IMG/VR virus record: IMGVR_UViG_3300023049_000574
Span: 1 to 64,000 of that record
From: a virus
Reading direction: 5' to 3' (one strand)
Length of the DNA: 64,000 nucleotides
Every line of letters begins with the position of its first letter. Positions within the stretch are counted from its first letter, which is position 1. The notes beneath the pieces are model-generated. The model was given only the letters and a program-made list of their open reading frames with translations. It was not told the origin of the DNA and ran no database searches. The translations under genes and the position numbers were made by a program. Shown piece by piece: positions 9,813-20,888 of this stretch.

Positions 9813-12590
9813 ATGAATGTTTCAGGTAATACTTTTCTTAATACAGTTTCCTTTGAAGATAGGAATAGTTCGGGTGCTTTTCAAGTACCTAATTATAAAG
9901 TATATGATAGAAATTATAGTTGGTATTGGGATATCGGGGTTAATTTTGCCCCACCAAACGAGTTGATAATATATGACATAGATGCTCAGAATATATATCA
10001 AACAGTTAGCTTAACCGCTAGTTATCTAACCTATTTTAGAAAATCTAATGTATATTTTGACGAAGATTTAACTTTCGTCACCACATTAAGAAGAATAGAT
10101 GATGGTAACGCTATTCATTATGTGAAAGTTGAATTAGACCCTAATAATAATTTTGAGGCTACTATAACCGACTTAGGTAATGCCACCGCATCTAGCTCAA
10201 ATGGTATAACTGTTATATATGGTTATGATAAAAAAGAAGAAGATCTTTATATATGTACAACAGGATCAAGTGGTAACTTTGCTAATGGTGGTAGAGGAAC
10301 TAGGTTTATGATATACAATACTATAAGTGAAACTACTACTTTTTATAGTCAAGATTGGAGAGGCGCAAGTTTTAGTATAGTAGGTGCAGGTGGAGTATTT
10401 AGATTTAGGGGTTATGATATAGATTTTAGGGGTGATCAAGAATTATTTTTCGCAGGAAGAGATCAAGAAGCAGACACAACTCCTTCTTTAGCTAGGTATA
10501 GCTATAAAACAGATACAATGACATATAGCACTGATTATATACAGGAGACTGCGCCATATGGCAATATACTCAACAACAGTTTATATTATTCAAAGAGGGA
10601 GGAAGCAGTAATGATATCATATGCAAGTTGGAATAACCCAAATGATATAATTAATCTAAGGAAATATTCCAAAACTGATTTTTCTATATTAGATGAAATC
10701 AAAAGTTTTACAAACCCCCATTTCAGTTACGTGATTCTTATCAATTATGATGAAAGTAGAAACACCTTAGAAACAATAGGAGATATTTCTTTCGGTAGTA
10801 GAAGATATATTTATGAATTAGGATTCGAACAAGAAAATAATACTATTCCAATAGTTTCAGGAGAAAATAAATATACTTCTGAGTACACTAATACTGTTAG
10901 TCGTTCTAACTCTTCAGATGTGATTGAGCATATGATAGATCCCGAAAGAGAAGTAATATATTTATCTATAAGCTCTAATAACGAAAACGCTCCAATATTA
11001 ATTGAGAGATATGACTTTGATTTTAATTATTTAGATAGTTGGAGCGAATCTAATTATTTATTAGGAATGGAAAGAAGAACACAACCCAATTTAAATTATG
11101 ATAATACTAAAATATTAATAGGTGGGAAAGATTCTAATATAGACGGAACGGGTAATGGGGGTATATTTAGAACAGGTTACATAGATATAGATTTTGATGA
11201 TTTTTCTAATAGTATAATCACTTTATCAGACCAAAGAGAAAGCCCTATACCTAATATACAAACACAATTTGAGACGATTGATCATAATTCTGATTATTAT
11301 TTTTTCACAAAAAGTTCAATAGATGTAACAGCCTTAGATATAGAATTCCATAGGATGGACTTCCCCTCTTTAACTAACTCTGTTAGTTATGATACTAATA
11401 TAAGAGGTAAAGTTATTGGTTCGGAGGTAGATAGAAAGAATAATACGATTAAGTCAGTAGTAGTGACCAATGGTAATAACATAGAATTTTTCCAATATGA
11501 TTTTGACGCTATGACATTTTCTAGATCAGCAACGGGGGTTTCAATTAGTTATATAACAGGTGCTGATAATACGGATTCGCAAATATTTGTAACCGATATA
11601 AGAGATGATTCATTTGATATCGCATATTTACAAGACGGTGATACTAATTTTAAAGTAGAAACCTTTGACTATGATATGAATAGTTATAGTAATCCAATCG
11701 AATTTGATATTACTAATACAGTTGGTATTGATAGAATAAGCGTAGAGCCATATAATAATTCTAGTAAAGATTTATTATTTGTTAGAAACACTACATGGGA
11801 TAAATTAGAGTTAACACAAAGTGATAACACTAGACCATTTATACAAAATTATACAGCATCTATATTCCGAAATTATTCTGCTTCTAATGTGCAAACAGTT
11901 GGTAGTGATAATAGAATACTTAAAATATATGATTCAGCAAGAGGTATAAATTTAATTCAACCTAGTCCAAGAATAGCGGGTACATTAATTGAATCCGATC
12001 CTAATTTTAACGGTGAACCATCTATGGATATGGACGGTGAACAAAATAAATTAGATTTTGGACTTAGTTATAGAACTGCAGTGTATAAGGGAAGTTTCGA
12101 TAATAGAAACCAAGATAAATCTTGGTATTTATTTATAGCAAGGTGTCCATACTCAAATAAGCTTAGTAGATTTTTTGATTTAAATGATGGATCAGCATAC
12201 CTTACTGTCGATAGAGCTAATACTCGTGTAATTTTTGTTTCAGGTTCACATAACGTCATATGGACTTCTTCTGTTCTAAGTCATGATTTTGGTGACACTA
12301 CTATATATGCTATCAAACAAGTAGATGGAGAAATGGGTAAACTTTGGATAAATGGAGGCACTGTTATAGAAAATGATAGTGGTACAGATGGTACATCGTC
12401 GGTATTTAAATCAGCCAATAGACATCCTCATCAAACATTTTTCGGTGGGACGGATCGTGCGGTTGTAATTTCTGATTTTATAGCACTTGATACAAGTGAT
12501 TTAAACACAACAGAAGAATATAATTTAGTTAATGGTCTAATGAACCCACTTGCTACTAAATACGGCTTAACGTGGTCTAATATAACTTAA
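9813..12590 (+). CDS. large beta-propeller-like virion/adhesin protein, MN[LV]SGN family 2
   Basis: As above; possible LamG/ConA-like C-terminal domain. Confidence 0.65.
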   Translation: MNVSGNTFLNTVSFEDRNSSGAFQVPNYKVYDRNYSWYWDIGVNFAPPNELIIYDIDAQNIYQTVSLTASYLTYFRKSNVYFDEDLTFVTTLRRIDDGNAIHYVKVELDPNNNFEATITDLGNATASSSNGITVIYGYDKKEEDLYICTTGSSGNFANGGRGTRFMIYNTISETTTFYSQDWRGASFSIVGAGGVFRFRGYDIDFRGDQELFFAGRDQEADTTPSLARYSYKTDTMTYSTDYIQETAPYGNILNNSLYYSKREEAVMISYASWNNPNDIINLRKYSKTDFSILDEIKSFTNPHFSYVILINYDESRNTLETIGDISFGSRRYIYELGFEQENNTIPIVSGENKYTSEYTNTVSRSNSSDVIEHMIDPEREVIYLSISSNNENAPILIERYDFDFNYLDSWSESNYLLGMERRTQPNLNYDNTKILIGGKDSNIDGTGNGGIFRTGYIDIDFDDFSNSIITLSDQRESPIPNIQTQFETIDHNSDYYFFTKSSIDVTALDIEFHRMDFPSLTNSVSYDTNIRGKVIGSEVDRKNNTIKSVVVTNGNNIEFFQYDFDAMTFSRSATGVSISYITGADNTDSQIFVTDIRDDSFDIAYLQDGDTNFKVETFDYDMNSYSNPIEFDITNTVGIDRISVEPYNNSSKDLLFVRNTTWDKLELTQSDNTRPFIQNYTASIFRNYSASNVQTVGSDNRILKIYDSARGINLIQPSPRIAGTLIESDPNFNGEPSMDMDGEQNKLDFGLSYRTAVYKGSFDNRNQDKSWYLFIARCPYSNKLSRFFDLNDGSAYLTVDRANTRVIFVSGSHNVIWTSSVLSHDFGDTTIYAIKQVDGEMGKLWINGGTVIENDSGTDGTSSVFKSANRHPHQTFFGGTDRAVVISDFIALDTSDLNTTEEYNLVNGLMNPLATKYGLTWSNIT

Positions 12591-12601
12591 ATATATAGGT
12601 T

Positions 12602-12799
12602 ATGGTACATATCAAAAAAGTATATGTTAGATTAACTAACGAAGGAAACACAATAGAACTTTATAGCACCAAAGAAAAGGATGGGCTTATTGAAATAGAG
12701 AATTATCCTAAAGATTATCCACAAGTTCCTATGAAATATATTATCACTGAGGTAGATAATGAATACATATTCACTATCGTCCCTGAATGGGAATTATAA
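12602..12799 (+). CDS. small hypothetical protein
   Basis: 65 aa; preceded by AATATATA-N4-ATG. Confidence 0.7.
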   Translation: MVHIKKVYVRLTNEGNTIELYSTKEKDGLIEIENYPKDYPQVPMKYIITEVDNEYIFTIVPEWEL

Positions 12800-12810
12800 A
12801 TATATAGAAC

Positions 12811-15801
12811 ATGAATTTATCGGGTAATATTAAAATTGAAAACATAGAAACATTTGATCTAAGTGGTTTAGGTTTATCTTATGATAAGGGTTCGTTCTTC
12901 GCAGACAAAAGAAGAGGGTGGTATTACCAATTTGATACAGGCGTTAGTATGGGTACATTAAGTGATCCTATGAGACTTTATAGATATAACTTAGATTTCA
13001 CATTAGAAGAAGATTGGAGTCCTGATGATACTTATGGTGCTTCTCAATACGGTGCTTCATATAGAGAAGGTAAACCTTATTATGATGAAGAATCGGGTGA
13101 TTTTTTCGCAATAATGTCAGTAAATGATGATATTTTGGGTGGAACTCCATCACCAAGTAATCAATACCAAAGATGGGTGAGATGGCATATAGATCAAGAT
13201 AATTTAGATAGTACCACAGTTTCTATTTATTCTTTATATGGGGGTGGGGAGGCTCAAACAATAGTCAGGAGAATCACCCCGATATATATTGATATACCAA
13301 AAGGAAAAATATATTACCAAAGAGGTGAAGTAAATAAACCCGAAAACCAACTTGTAAAATTTGATGTAAATACAAACACAACAGACGTAACTTTCTCTGA
13401 TACTTATTTAGAAGGAAACATAAAGGGGTTTACTTTCGATACCCAACAAGAAACACTTAAAGGATTACTTGTTAGATATGGTAAAGTAGGTACAAATGTA
13501 TATGATACAGTATATTTCGAATTTGATTTTAAAACACAGGCAATAACCTTTACTGCTTCTAATACATTAGTAGGGTTTAATTTTAATGATGTTGATTTTA
13601 ATGTTTATGACGACATAATTGATACTACTATTTGGACAAATCCATTTAACGCAACCCAAAGTATTCCTGTTAGTAATTTAGGTATACAGCGATATACCTT
13701 CGATAAAAATTTAAACCTATTAGATGTTAGGGCAACATCAGATCCTGACACATTTGCTTCTCCTGCTTTTTTAGATAAAGTCGATGGTGAAATAATTGGC
13801 TTTAATAGCCTTGGTAGGTTTTTTAGAAGGTTTGTGGAAGTACAAAAGGATACGACAGTATCTGTAATAAGTGGTGATGAATCATATACTAAGGTATTAT
13901 ATGATGAAGATACTAACATTACGGGAGCATCTAATTCTGCGGCATTCTATGTTTTTGAATATGATTATGCTTGGGGGTGGGGGGTTGGTTCAGGAAACGG
14001 TGGCACTGTGAGTAGCTTTCGAACATATGATGGATATAGTCAAACATTATTACACACAATAGATTTTCCCGAATATGAGACGTATTTTAGGTCTTCTAAT
14101 AACGAAATATATTTCGATGGAACAAACACATTTATCAATACTTTAGCGAGAAGATCTGATAGCTCTTTGAGGTATGTTAAAATAGAAGTAGATTTAGAGA
14201 ATGGATTTTCTCTAACATATTCAGAATTAGGAACTGTTATAGCTCCTAATGGTGCTACTCAGTTTGGTGCTAGTTATAACGGTGCATATAGAATATTTGA
14301 TTACGTTGAAGAAGATAATCTAATATATGCGCTTAATATAGGGTTCAGTGGTAATTATGGTAATGGTACTAATGGTAATAGATTTCTGAAATATGATATT
14401 GCTACAGAAACAAACACATTTGTTAGTCAAAATTGGAGAAACAATACACCTGAAATAACAGGGAGACAATATAGATTTAGGGATCTAAGAGTAGATCCGC
14501 TAACAGAAAAAATAACTTTCCCTGCTAATAACCAAGAAGATGGAATTCGTGGTTACTTTGCTGAATATGATTATAAAAATGATATATTAGCCACATATAG
14601 TTTTTTCCAAGGATCAGAAAGGATTGCATATGTAGACTTAGATAGTTCTAATTATATTTTTTTTACAAATGTTGCCAATAAATTAACTGCTTATGTTTAT
14701 GATAATAATACATACGAATTAATAAATGAAATCCAAAGTGAAGTAATACAAACTTATATAAATGGTACAGTTTATGACCAAGTAACTAAAGATGTCTTCT
14801 TTGCATATTCTAATGTTTTCCAAGATGGTAGGTATAAAAGAAGACAGGGGTTATTACAGGGAGATAACACAATCCCTTTATATGATGATGATCGTTTTGA
14901 AATATTAGCAACCGCATCAACTGTTTCTGTTTTTGGTACAGCAGGTATTATAGGCGGTGGTAATATAGACACTATGGGGTTTGACGAGGCTAATGATACA
15001 ATTTATATATTAGTCAATGGTCAACCATCAACACCAAGGGCTAAGGTTGTGAAGACAGATCTTGATTTTAACTTAATTGATACCTTTGATATAGATTCTA
15101 CACCTTATAATAATTTAGATTCTCGTGAAGTAAAGGGGTTTTTTGACTTAGAAACTTTAACCTTTTATACTTTATTAGAATTGGATTCAGGTGGCTTAAG
15201 AAATCTTGTTAGGATAGAAGTTGATGGTATGACATTATCATCTACTACAGTAAGCACGATAGATACTATAAATCCACTCGGAAACGGAACATTTAACTAT
15301 ATGTTTGGTGTAGTAGATGATATCTTATATTGGAATCATGGTTACTTGGAGGAACAAGTAGGTAAAGAGTTATATTTCAGAACACATAATATTGCAACTG
15401 ATACTGAAACATCTGCTGTCTTTTTGGGAACATACAGCCATATAACAAATTACTACTTTGATCAAGATAATTTATCAGTATATTATAACTTGGCTTCAGA
15501 TGATAAAAGGTATAAATATGATTATAATACATTAACATCTTCTGTTATTAACCCGTATACGAATAATACTATTCCTCGACTTAGACATTTAGGCACAGCC
15601 TCTGTGTCTAATTCAAATAAATTAGTTGGTTATCCAACAGGTGAAACATTCAAGGAAGTAACTGCTAATTATGTATCAAATACATATATGACAAATATAG
15701 ACCCTCAGTTCGAAGAAGGTGTGATTATAGAATATATATCTAACGATATTTTATATGGTTATAATGGCGGTGGTGTATTATATAAGATACGAAAGAAATA
15801 A
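12811..15801 (+). CDS. large beta-propeller-like protein, MN[LV]SGN family 3
   Basis: Shares the module TYFR.S...GNY/F..G..G.RF..Y....T.TF.SQ.WR with 9813. Confidence 0.65.
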   Translation: MNLSGNIKIENIETFDLSGLGLSYDKGSFFADKRRGWYYQFDTGVSMGTLSDPMRLYRYNLDFTLEEDWSPDDTYGASQYGASYREGKPYYDEESGDFFAIMSVNDDILGGTPSPSNQYQRWVRWHIDQDNLDSTTVSIYSLYGGGEAQTIVRRITPIYIDIPKGKIYYQRGEVNKPENQLVKFDVNTNTTDVTFSDTYLEGNIKGFTFDTQQETLKGLLVRYGKVGTNVYDTVYFEFDFKTQAITFTASNTLVGFNFNDVDFNVYDDIIDTTIWTNPFNATQSIPVSNLGIQRYTFDKNLNLLDVRATSDPDTFASPAFLDKVDGEIIGFNSLGRFFRRFVEVQKDTTVSVISGDESYTKVLYDEDTNITGASNSAAFYVFEYDYAWGWGVGSGNGGTVSSFRTYDGYSQTLLHTIDFPEYETYFRSSNNEIYFDGTNTFINTLARRSDSSLRYVKIEVDLENGFSLTYSELGTVIAPNGATQFGASYNGAYRIFDYVEEDNLIYALNIGFSGNYGNGTNGNRFLKYDIATETNTFVSQNWRNNTPEITGRQYRFRDLRVDPLTEKITFPANNQEDGIRGYFAEYDYKNDILATYSFFQGSERIAYVDLDSSNYIFFTNVANKLTAYVYDNNTYELINEIQSEVIQTYINGTVYDQVTKDVFFAYSNVFQDGRYKRRQGLLQGDNTIPLYDDDRFEILATASTVSVFGTAGIIGGGNIDTMGFDEANDTIYILVNGQPSTPRAKVVKTDLDFNLIDTFDIDSTPYNNLDSREVKGFFDLETLTFYTLLELDSGGLRNLVRIEVDGMTLSSTTVSTIDTINPLGNGTFNYMFGVVDDILYWNHGYLEEQVGKELYFRTHNIATDTETSAVFLGTYSHITNYYFDQDNLSVYYNLASDDKRYKYDYNTLTSSVINPYTNNTIPRLRHLGTASVSNSNKLVGYPTGETFKEVTANYVSNTYMTNIDPQFEEGVIIEYISNDILYGYNGGGVLYKIRKK

Positions 15802-15814
15802 TATATAATTTTAT

Positions 15815-18800
15815 ATGAACGTTAGTGGAAATTTTGGTATAAAAAAACAAAAACTTATACAGAGTAGTGATATATCACTTAACTATATCGATGATGAGAG
15901 AGAAGTTATAATATCATTCTTTTCTAATGATGATAACCCTCCTGTTTATAATTTTTATAACTATGATAACCAAAAGATAGGAACATTCACTTTGGATAGT
16001 GCTAATGTTCACCCAACTAATGATTTCTTAGAAGCGGATGATAGAGATAGTGGTTATTATAACGCAGAAGAAGGATATTTATTATCACTTGTTAGAATAT
16101 ATTGGGAATTAACACCATATTCAGCATCATATACTACACAAAGTTATTTAAATGGTTTTGTTAAAATAGAATTTGATTATAATGATTTTGCTTCATCCAC
16201 ATATTCTATTGTTGGTTACTATGGAAATGGTGGAACACCATATCTTAATAGAGTGACTTATGCTAATACACATATACATTATTATGATGAACCAAATAAT
16301 TTAGTATACTTAACAAGCGGTCATCCAAATTTGAATGCAAAATTTGAAATAATTGATGCGGGTAGTCCTAGTATAACACAGTCGAGAGGAACAACCGCTA
16401 ATGGATATACGCATATTATAGACGTAGATAAAGAAAATTTAATATCAGAAATAAGAATAGCAGGTATAGACGCTACTGATAATTTGTATCATAATTATAG
16501 ATATAATTGGAACACTGATACATTAGTGATGTCTGCCACCTCAGGTAACGGACCTACCGTATACAAGGACGGTAGCAGGTATATCGAAATAGACGCAATA
16601 AGTTCTCAGAGTTCAACCCTTATAGTTAGGTTACAAGACTTTGACTGTAATGATATTACAATATTAGCACAAGAAGATAGCATATTAAGTTCAACACCGA
16701 ATAGAGTATCTAGTTCAGAAATAAGAGGGGGGAGGTTCTTTGATGATACTACAAGGTTTATGATGTCTGATTCAACAGGTACTTATATTTATACTATGGA
16801 TCAAAAAGATATAACAAAATTGATTACTTCGGATGATCTTACTTTTAAAGAATTATATGCAACAACTAATGATTTTGGAAATAACTCTGTTGTCGTGGAC
16901 GAAGACAGGGGATATATCTATATATCTAATAATGGGGCTGCAACAGTTTTCTCAGGTGCGATAATCATAGAGAGGTATGATTTAGACTTCAACTTTATTG
17001 ATCAATTTGCACCTGCTACTTATAATTGGGGCTATAACTTTATGGTATTTAGAAATTTTGCGAATGAAAAAAAATCTCAGTTTATCATACCTTTTAAAAT
17101 CGGTGCAGGTACTGTTCAAATAGGTATTTTAGATATTAATTTTGATACTTTTTCACAATCAGCTTTTGTGTCAACAGCAACAGCGAGTGTAACTAATGGT
17201 GGTAGTGTATTTACTGCTTTTTATTATGATGATAGATTAAATAAGGTATATTATTCCGAAGGTTTATTCACTGCTCAAAACCTATGGTTCAAAAAATTAG
17301 ATATGGAGACAGCAGCAGTTGATGTTAATTATAATACTACAGCAGTTGCACACGTAGGGGATATTATTTTTGATCCACTTTCTGAATCTTTATATGGTGT
17401 TATTAGTTATTCGGGAAGTAGTTATTCTATAGCTACATTCGATTATAAAACAACAACCTTTACAAATGTTACATATAATTTACCAAAAAGAGGTATCTGT
17501 TTATCATCAGTTAATGATAGAGTTATTACAATATATTATGTTAACATAACAGAAGATACTTTAAGCTTAGAGATATATACAAACAATAACTCATTCGATT
17601 TAGAACAATCGATATCTGCTCCTGTTAGTGCTTTTGTGAGTCGAGTAAAATCGGATGATATGGTACATTTTTATGCATATGGAGTAGGTGGTTCACATAA
17701 TGGCATCGGAAGGTATTTACTCACTTCTAAAAACGATAGAAATCCTGTAAATAGTGATTGTACGTATCTAAAAGAAGTTGAATATACCACTCTTTCAACA
17801 ATTGAAGGAGAAATGGTAATAGGTATAGATAATAGTGATAACTATTTATATACGATGAATACTATCGATAATGATGGGATAGCACTTACTATCAGACAAT
17901 ATGTTATGGGGGCTACCTTATCCTTAACCCAAAGTTGGTCACCTGCATCTAAAATAGGTATAAGATATAGTACATCTCCAATATGGGATCAGGATAAAAG
18001 AACATTTTGGGTAACCACAGTATCGGGAGGTAATCTTGTTTTGAATAAAATACAGATCAATGAAATCACACTAACCGCTTCAACATTCTTAGAAGAGATA
18101 TCATATAATTTCCCATCAGGTTATGGAAGTAGTATAACAAAGGTAGCATACTTAAAAGAAGAAGTCAATGATATTATTATATCCCTTTCTACTACGGATA
18201 ACGGATTGAATAATGTATACTATGTAGATAAAGATTTAGGAACGACTTCTACAACAGTTGACCTTTCGTATATCTCTGATTCTTTTCAATTAAGAGAAAA
18301 TCTATATTTAAGTGATTTTAATGTTTCATATTTCAACACATTGGGCTATGGTATAGCAGGTATACCTAGTTTAAATGTGAGGTATGATTTTAATACAGAC
18401 ACGGCAGAGACATTATATTCAAATATTGATAGGGATAATTATATATTTGAAACATATTTAAGTAAAAAATTACAAAGAGTTCTATATAAAGATATCACTG
18501 ATGATTACCTAAAATACTCGGTTTTCGATTTCAAAAATGATAATGAGTATAGTATAATAAGAAGCGGAGCTACTGTTTCATCGTCTTTAAGTCATATTAT
18601 AAAAAAGGATGGCAATATAGCTTCTTTTGATACAGGTAATGGAATATACCAAGAATTCAAGATCGATAATAAGGTATTCGAAATAGCTAGTGATCCGTGT
18701 GGTGAGGAAGAATTAGATGTGTCTACTATATCCCCTTTCATAATAGAAATGGTAACCAATGGTAGTAACCAAGTATCTATACCTATAGAAGTAGATACGG

Positions 18801-20869
18801 GTATAGGGGATTTTGATGTGAATTGGGGGGATGGTGTAGTGGAAAACATTACTACTACTTCTACTATAACACATACCTATAATCAATCAGGTATATATGA
18901 AATAAGGATGTATGAGGGGATATCAGGGTTTGATTTCACATCTGTGGGGTTTGATCAAATAAGATCCATTATTCAATTTGGTGATATAAAATGGAAAAAC
19001 TCATTTAGTTTCAGAAATTGTAGTGATCTTGTTGCAAAATATACAGATGCCCCTGATTTCTCACAACACATTAGTGGGAATTTGGGTTATTGTTTTGCGG
19101 GTTGTGTAAAATTCAATGGCGAAATGAATCATTGGGATATGAGTAATATTAATAACTTAGTGGGGTTCTTATCGGGCGCAAGTTCTTTCAATCAACCATT
19201 AAATAATTGGGATGTCTCAAATGTGACATCTATGAGAGTATTATTTTTTGGGTGTGATTCCTTTAACCAACCATTGAGTAATTGGGATCTTTCTAGTTGT
19301 ACAAATTTACAATCCACGTTCTACGGTGCTACATTATTTAATCAACCATTAAATAATTGGAACACATCTAATGTGGCTGACTTTTCGAATTTGTTTAGAG
19401 ATGCGATAACATTCAACCAACCATTAGATAAATGGGATACCTCAAATGTGATAAGTATGAGTAATACATTTAATAACGCAGAAGCATTCAACCAACCTTT
19501 AAATAATTGGAATGTATCAAAGGTTACAAATATGGATAACCTATTTATTAATACTGACTCATTTAATCAAGATTTAGATAATTGGGATACAGGTTCTGTT
19601 TCTTCTATGGTAAATATTTTCTTTAATGCAATAAGCTTTAATGGGAAAGTAAATACTTGGGATGTGTCTAATGTTACAAATTTTTCGAGTGTGTTCAGAA
19701 ATGCATTTGTATTCAACCAACCATTAAATAATTGGAACACAGCATCAGCAAGTACTTTTAACTCAATGTTTACATCTGCTGATAGATTTAACCAAAATAT
19801 TGATAGTTGGACAACTTCTAATGTTACTAATATGATTTCTATGTTCTCACCAACAGATGATTATAACCAACCTATGAATAGTTGGGATGTTGGTAGTGTT
19901 TCTTTGTTTAATCGTATGTTCTTTAATGCTGATAGTTTCTCCCAAAGTTTAACGAATTGGGATATGAGTAGCGCAGATAATATCTCACTTATGTTAGGGG
20001 ATGGGGTATTTAACGGTGATGTTAGTACTTGGGACACTTCAAATATTACAAATATGGCAGCAACATTTAGACTATCCCCATTTAACGGTGATGTTAGTGG
20101 TTGGGACACGTCTAATGTAATTAATATGGATTCTATGTTCTTGAACTTGGTGAATTTTAATTCAGATATCAGTGGATGGACAGTATCAAGTGTAACAAAT
20201 ATGACAAGTATGTTTGCTGGTAATGTATCTTTCTCCCAAGATATAGGTGGTTGGGATACTAGTAGTCTAGAAATTACGAGTGGTATGTTCTTTAATTGTG
20301 AATCCTTAGGTACACAAAGTTTAAATAATTGGGATGTGTCTAATGTAACTAATATGGCAGCAATGTTTAGGAGAGCTAATTTTGATGGAGATATCAGTAG
20401 TTGGGATACTACGAATGTTACTAACATGTCATTTATGCACGAACGTTTAACAACTAATACATTGTTTTTTAATCAAGATATCAGTAGTTGGACTGTATCA
20501 AATGTTGAGAACATGAGCTTTATGTTTAATACTAATGAGGAGTTTAACCAAGATATCAGTGGATGGGATGTTGGAGCTGTTACTAACATGGATAGTATGT
20601 TTAGTAACGCTGATGCGTTTGATATAGATATATCTTCTTGGGATATAAACCAAATTACAAATTTCTCGGACTTCTTAGTTGGTGCGCCTGGTTTCACCAC
20701 ATCAAACTATGATGCTATATTAATTGGGTGGGAATCCCAAGCACCAACATCAGGTCTTAGTATTGACTTTGGTAATAGTAAATATACAAGTGGTGGTACA
20801 GCAGCCGCAGCAAGAGCTTCGCTAGTCGGAACATATAGTTGGATAATATCAGATGGTGGTATTGCCTAA
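15815..20869 (+). CDS. MN[LV]SGN family 4: propeller modules + PKD-like domain + BspA/DUF285 surface repeats
   Basis: VNWGDG...THTYNQSGIYEI (PKD-like), then more than 20 FNQPLNNWDVSNVTNM.xMF repeats. Confidence 0.85.
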   Translation: MNVSGNFGIKKQKLIQSSDISLNYIDDEREVIISFFSNDDNPPVYNFYNYDNQKIGTFTLDSANVHPTNDFLEADDRDSGYYNAEEGYLLSLVRIYWELTPYSASYTTQSYLNGFVKIEFDYNDFASSTYSIVGYYGNGGTPYLNRVTYANTHIHYYDEPNNLVYLTSGHPNLNAKFEIIDAGSPSITQSRGTTANGYTHIIDVDKENLISEIRIAGIDATDNLYHNYRYNWNTDTLVMSATSGNGPTVYKDGSRYIEIDAISSQSSTLIVRLQDFDCNDITILAQEDSILSSTPNRVSSSEIRGGRFFDDTTRFMMSDSTGTYIYTMDQKDITKLITSDDLTFKELYATTNDFGNNSVVVDEDRGYIYISNNGAATVFSGAIIIERYDLDFNFIDQFAPATYNWGYNFMVFRNFANEKKSQFIIPFKIGAGTVQIGILDINFDTFSQSAFVSTATASVTNGGSVFTAFYYDDRLNKVYYSEGLFTAQNLWFKKLDMETAAVDVNYNTTAVAHVGDIIFDPLSESLYGVISYSGSSYSIATFDYKTTTFTNVTYNLPKRGICLSSVNDRVITIYYVNITEDTLSLEIYTNNNSFDLEQSISAPVSAFVSRVKSDDMVHFYAYGVGGSHNGIGRYLLTSKNDRNPVNSDCTYLKEVEYTTLSTIEGEMVIGIDNSDNYLYTMNTIDNDGIALTIRQYVMGATLSLTQSWSPASKIGIRYSTSPIWDQDKRTFWVTTVSGGNLVLNKIQINEITLTASTFLEEISYNFPSGYGSSITKVAYLKEEVNDIIISLSTTDNGLNNVYYVDKDLGTTSTTVDLSYISDSFQLRENLYLSDFNVSYFNTLGYGIAGIPSLNVRYDFNTDTAETLYSNIDRDNYIFETYLSKKLQRVLYKDITDDYLKYSVFDFKNDNEYSIIRSGATVSSSLSHIIKKDGNIASFDTGNGIYQEFKIDNKVFEIASDPCGEEELDVSTISPFIIEMVTNGSNQVSIPIEVDTGIGDFDVNWGDGVVENITTTSTITHTYNQSGIYEIRMYEGISGFDFTSVGFDQIRSIIQFGDIKWKNSFSFRNCSDLVAKYTDAPDFSQHISGNLGYCFAGCVKFNGEMNHWDMSNINNLVGFLSGASSFNQPLNNWDVSNVTSMRVLFFGCDSFNQPLSNWDLSSCTNLQSTFYGATLFNQPLNNWNTSNVADFSNLFRDAITFNQPLDKWDTSNVISMSNTFNNAEAFNQPLNNWNVSKVTNMDNLFINTDSFNQDLDNWDTGSVSSMVNIFFNAISFNGKVNTWDVSNVTNFSSVFRNAFVFNQPLNNWNTASASTFNSMFTSADRFNQNIDSWTTSNVTNMISMFSPTDDYNQPMNSWDVGSVSLFNRMFFNADSFSQSLTNWDMSSADNISLMLGDGVFNGDVSTWDTSNITNMAATFRLSPFNGDVSGWDTSNVINMDSMFLNLVNFNSDISGWTVSSVTNMTSMFAGNVSFSQDIGGWDTSSLEITSGMFFNCESLGTQSLNNWDVSNVTNMAAMFRRANFDGDISSWDTTNVTNMSFMHERLTTNTLFFNQDISSWTVSNVENMSFMFNTNEEFNQDISGWDVGAVTNMDSMFSNADAFDIDISSWDINQITNFSDFLVGAPGFTTSNYDAILIGWESQAPTSGLSIDFGNSKYTSGGTAAAARASLVGTYSWIISDGGIA
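19090..20680 (+). repeat. about 75-nt (about 25-aa) tandem coding repeats of the BspA/DUF285 type
   Basis: Recurrent TTCAACCAACCATTAAATAATTGG-like units; boundaries approximate. Confidence 0.85.
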
Positions 20870-20888
20870 AAATATTAATATATAGTCT

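Noticed and set aside
19090-20680. Regular 75-nt repeats as a possible CRISPR array or DGR
   Set aside because: They are degenerate in-frame BspA/DUF285 coding repeats; there are no identical repeats with unique spacers and no cas or reverse transcriptase gene.
12068-20700. Antisense ORFs inside the large fibre genes (12068, 13605, 14772, 18592, 19861, 20473)
   Set aside because: Shadow frames of strongly coding genes.
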